NCBI GenBank assembly: GCA_964480115.1
Contig: CAYZOB010000075.1
Coordinates: 1 to 60,006, forward strand
Length of the DNA: 60,006 nt
Reading direction: 5' to 3'
Source: an uncultured Candidatus Peribacteria bacterium
GTDB lineage: Bacteria > Patescibacteriota > Gracilibacteria > UBA1369 > LOWO2-01-FULL-3
The notes under the pieces are model-generated. The model was given only the letters and a program-made list of their open reading frames with translations, was not told where the DNA came from and searched no databases. The position numbers were made by a program, and so were the translations under genes. This document shows positions 57,601 to 60,006 of this stretch, piece after piece. How positions within the stretch are numbered: position 1 is the first letter of the stretch; each line of letters starts with the position of its first letter.

Positions 57601-60006
57601 AGCCTTCGCCACCGTCTATTTTGCAACTATATGCCACTGCAGGTGCAATTTTCCCAGGAATTGATTTTCCGACGCCAAAACCAAAGGTTATTGTGGATCC
57701 GTTACTTAGCGTCCAAGGGATTGCCACGCCGCCGGCTACTACGTTGCCATTTTGGTCGAGCTGTATGTGGCCATGCATTATATTTGTTGATTTGCCGCCA
57801 TTTTTCAGGCCTTCGGCTGCTTCTTTTATTTTCATTGGCGTTTGTACTAATTTATCTCTTATCTCCAGAAGTATTGGGGCATTTCTCGGATTGCCTTGTT
57901 TTAATATTTCTTTGAAAAGTTTGCGTTCACCGATCTCTAGTGGTTTTTGATCCTTAAAAATAGAATCGAGGTAGCTGTTTATTCCTTTTTCAACAGTGTT
58001 TTCACTTTCTTCGATTTCCTTGTTTAAAAATCCTAACTGGAAGGCTTTCATTTTGTCTTCCGTGAAATCAGTGTCTCTTAAATTTTTGATATTATATTGT
58101 TTAGCATTTTCCTGAATACTTGTAATTTGTTGCTCAGTTAAAGGCGTGTTTGCTGCTTTAGCCTTTTGTATTTCCCTGATGGCGTAACCTCTCTGCATAA
58201 GCTCATTAATCTCTTTTAGCAGGGCAGGTTCATTAATCTCTTTATGGCTATTTTTGATAATATAAAGTCCTGGTTTTTCCAATAAAATGAATAGTGCTGC
58301 CTTGGGATTAAAATATCTTGAAAACATTCCTCGATCCACGTCAAAGGTCGATCCATCCATGTTTGCCATGGTTATATTTTGCGCACCACCGAGCCATCCC
58401 AGAATTTCTTGCCATTGATCTGATGGATCTTCGGAGTAATTAAGTAATTTCTGTAATGATTTGAGGATTGGCAATTGATTTTCAGGAATACTGGCTTTCG
58501 CGACAACTAAAGGATCTTTTTGAACTACCGGGCCTTCTCTTTTTTCGTCGAAGCGTAGTTGAGACATGGCTTCCAGTAATTTTAGTGCGGGAGCAATTAT
58601 TTTTTCAAGAATGTACAATGCTTCTTTGTTTTTTCCTTGTCTATTTAATTTTTCAAATTCAGCCAAGATTTTATTTCCGTCCTGGAGTAATTCTGCGGAA
58701 ATGTTTCCTTCATTGGCAATGGCCTTAAATCCGGGATATTCATTTGCAAAAGTGAAAATATCCGCGAAGTATAATCTGTCATTATTTCCTTCAGTGATGA
58801 TTTTAGTGGCGATTGTACCGACAAGCTGTGATGAAACTCCAAATGGAGGCTTGCTCATTATATTCTCTACAGGTTTGCGATTTTCGTAATTTCCCCAATT
58901 TATTGCTATGTCGCCTTCATACATGTCTCCGATTGTATGGTCTAAGGTGTATACTTTAGAGGTTAATTTCTCATAATTATTAGCGTAATTTAGGATTTTT
59001 TGGCTTTCATGCTCGTCCTTTCTTACTTCGGTGCGAGCCTTGCGTGTTTCATTAGCAAATTCTTTAAAGGCCGCAGTATCCCTGCCTTCAAGGGTTATAG
59101 CTTTAATTTCCAGAATTTTATCTATGAGTGGAAGTGTTTCGTCAAATCCATAGTTTTTTGTGTCGTTTGAGGCTGACCATGTTAAGGATTGCTTGGATTT
59201 TTCATCTATTAATGTAACTTGTGCAGTATTGGGGAGGTTTTTTTTAAAACTGATGCCGATTGTTTTTAGTGTGGCGATGATTTCAAAGGTATCCTTTGCA
59301 TTTTTTAAGACATTAGTATAAGAAATCAGAGCTGTTTCCAGGGCTGCTGCTCCAGGGGCTGTCAGTCTTTCCGGTCCATTGGTAATTTTCAATCCTTTCC
59401 CTTTGAGGTCTGCTATTTTTTGTGTTGTTTGATCTTCTGTTAAAAATGTTTTAGGAGCTGATGCGATGGTTTTGAGCTCTATTTCGGTTGGGGCCGGTTC
59501 AGGTTCGGCTGGAACAGGTTCGGCTGGAGCTGGCTTGACTACCTTCGTTTGTGTGGCAAAGTTTGTGCTATCAATATTTTGGTTAATAAATTCCTCATTA
59601 TCCCTTGCCGGTACAGGATTTAATTCATTGTCATATTTCATATCATCATCTCTGAGTGCTTCTCTACGATTCTTGTAATTAGTTTTACTTACTAGACATT
59701 CAGCTCTTTCCTTGGCCTCTTCTTCTGTTTCGGGGAAGATTTCGTCATCAATAACTGGAACTGGCTCGGGTTCGGCTGGAGCTGGAGCAGGTTCGGCTGG
59801 AGCTGGTTCATTTGGCGCTGGTTCGGCTGGAACTGGCTCAGGCTTGGCTGGAGCTGGTTTTGTTGAGTCGTCATTTTTCAGTGGTAATTTATTCCAAATG
59901 ATATCATCATCGTTTTTAGTACTCGTTGTGAATCTAATCATTTCTATTCTACTGTCTACGAAAAGTCTGTCTAATTCTAGATCTTTACCTTTGAATTCTT
60001 TGTTTA
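54584..60006 (-). CDS. Giant (at least 1785 aa) leaderless protein with Pro/Ala/Glu linkers, a glycine-rich membrane-insertion-like core and an HhH motif; the 5' end may lie beyond the window
   Basis: The first in-window Met is at 59941, but the frame stays open (NKEFKGKDLELDRLFVDSRIE-M) to base 60006, and no SD precedes 59941. The ORF ends at TAA 54584-86. No recognisable enzymatic domain. Confidence 0.8.
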   Translation of the reverse strand, partial: NKEFKGKDLELDRLFVDSRIEMIRFTTSTKNDDDIIWNKLPLKNDDSTKPAPAKPEPVPAEPAPNEPAPAEPAPAPAEPEPVPVIDDEIFPETEEEAKERAECLVSKTNYKNRREALRDDDMKYDNELNPVPARDNEEFINQNIDSTNFATQTKVVKPAPAEPVPAEPEPAPTEIELKTIASAPKTFLTEDQTTQKIADLKGKGLKITNGPERLTAPGAAALETALISYTNVLKNAKDTFEIIATLKTIGISFKKNLPNTAQVTLIDEKSKQSLTWSASNDTKNYGFDETLPLIDKILEIKAITLEGRDTAAFKEFANETRKARTEVRKDEHESQKILNYANNYEKLTSKVYTLDHTIGDMYEGDIAINWGNYENRKPVENIMSKPPFGVSSQLVGTIATKIITEGNNDRLYFADIFTFANEYPGFKAIANEGNISAELLQDGNKILAEFEKLNRQGKNKEALYILEKIIAPALKLLEAMSQLRFDEKREGPVVQKDPLVVAKASIPENQLPILKSLQKLLNYSEDPSDQWQEILGWLGGAQNITMANMDGSTFDVDRGMFSRYFNPKAALFILLEKPGLYIIKNSHKEINEPALLKEINELMQRGYAIREIQKAKAANTPLTEQQITSIQENAKQYNIKNLRDTDFTEDKMKAFQLGFLNKEIEESENTVEKGINSYLDSIFKDQKPLEIGERKLFKEILKQGNPRNAPILLEIRDKLVQTPMKIKEAAEGLKNGGKSTNIMHGHIQLDQNGNVVAGGVAIPWTLSNGSTITFGFGVGKSIPGKIAPAVAYSCKIDGGEGWNFNFNAGVTIMGAAAGISGNLDAGKGVDIDWMLGLSASWSNIVNLGVGAGIGVSWDRALLEHERTQAQEETVKETGWTKEDLANWPKMSTAEKMASLQKSPTWTSIKAVQAALSEYLTDENLVRAYDSHISALKGAADSKAETPFSVPLSLPTLTGIGVAGVIPAAIALASGVGALAALGVAVITGAKFRIGTVEIFIPHPKEEQKILELATDANVRAKILDAFEKMKTGKEKVIFTENTPDVYYRPGSNLGKGIRIENTVIDLYPLRNDIETYNKALEEGGTETRLIKHPDGKIELAIDNLFNKNGEADKDLEIHIDPNLLTLGLTQDGKKIFLDGNIDDLVITRERFRFSRFQDEGRSSIRDVITIRQSSSVSGKQIDRSWLQENEQNYLEIMMGKEKFKTQAGGGYIGSLQDNIREVKGFATRTDWKDSKEFGSNYSRNLQQYRPEAMQVGNEDKIIDKTKADAMLDEIKDMHTVLGAINKEAFEAEKPRAEFNEKIRSLFINPDFHNEYGAKFDSTDRGDFGALAKWLEQYTNSHPAFELNDLKPKELALAENMLRDLWFTTAYRCEGALSELELTPTINTNLRKAGFKNIRNLDILTTTELQKICSKKGVELSNEEAKTIINAVQIFKEKPLSDKELIAKNRQLKKRIEVVRDYTTSKYIEEFQTVISSMNPPLSNKNAEDLVKNYFMRGIYDKILAALDKETSPVFDFRDLGADGEIPNGADLVSGTKLIVDGKSEKILSHSLFEKTDKSDAQLYESGFLNTTTHEYSLAGNGAERDIARILLRIGDRCNSNQESVLKSNFAIKILGLGAYRLIAGEKNYKLMLELLQDTSKFDDDKYKETFTQFKNLVLALRQSQHENQVYETVSAETGSKITINMVSDTKIVAGAYTQCTNPSFYVSGNGKAKVTGKKISVVGASEQVTQVSDAETALAGVTFSFSGGFDVKADEETPPPEEKPAPEATPEGGVSTGVADPNTPATPIDTIREGGYNTPDGSAPLQ

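Overview
AT-rich, gene-dense bacterial chromosome segment that translates cleanly with the standard code (TGA is a stop). Recognisable housekeeping genes: tRNA-Ser(CGA), rny, groES-groEL behind a sigma70-type promoter overlapping a CIRCE operator, rlmN, pyrH-frr-rseP, dnaA, mltG, ybaB, rplY, an MscS channel, a RelA/SpoT homolog, recO, ftsX, gatC-gatA and holA. Between them lie many lineage-specific envelope proteins: SLH, lamin-tail, FecR-like, lipoproteins, and three giant ORFs of 1726, 2110 and at least 1785 aa. By inference only, this mix resembles a small-genome Patescibacteria/CPR-like organism. No rRNA, CRISPR array, transposase or integrase was seen. Five things deserve a second look. 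(1) A translationally coupled pair of giant genes fills the last 11.7 kb (48274..60006). One is leaderless, with Pro/Ala/Glu linkers, a glycine-rich membrane-insertion-like core and an HhH motif. The other is apparently Sec-secreted, with tandem Cys-bracketed modules. (2) Bases 1..6115 form a decayed, patchwork accessory region around tRNA-Ser. It holds three copies or fragments of a Cys-rich zinc-ribbon family, three PIN-domain fragments, a cupredoxin remnant, a membrane desaturase and a leaderless M15 peptidase. (3) A GC-rich multi-hairpin element with mutually exclusive pairings lies upstream of a small membrane protein gene and pyrH-frr. (4) A 37-nt element occurs twice, 33 kb apart, each time in a divergent promoter region. 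(5) There is a G/T-rich TGTGG-box cluster upstream of dnaA, plus two unusually long ORF-free gaps at 30350..30973 and 47894..48273. All functional calls rest on motifs read by eye from the translations; no database search was possible.
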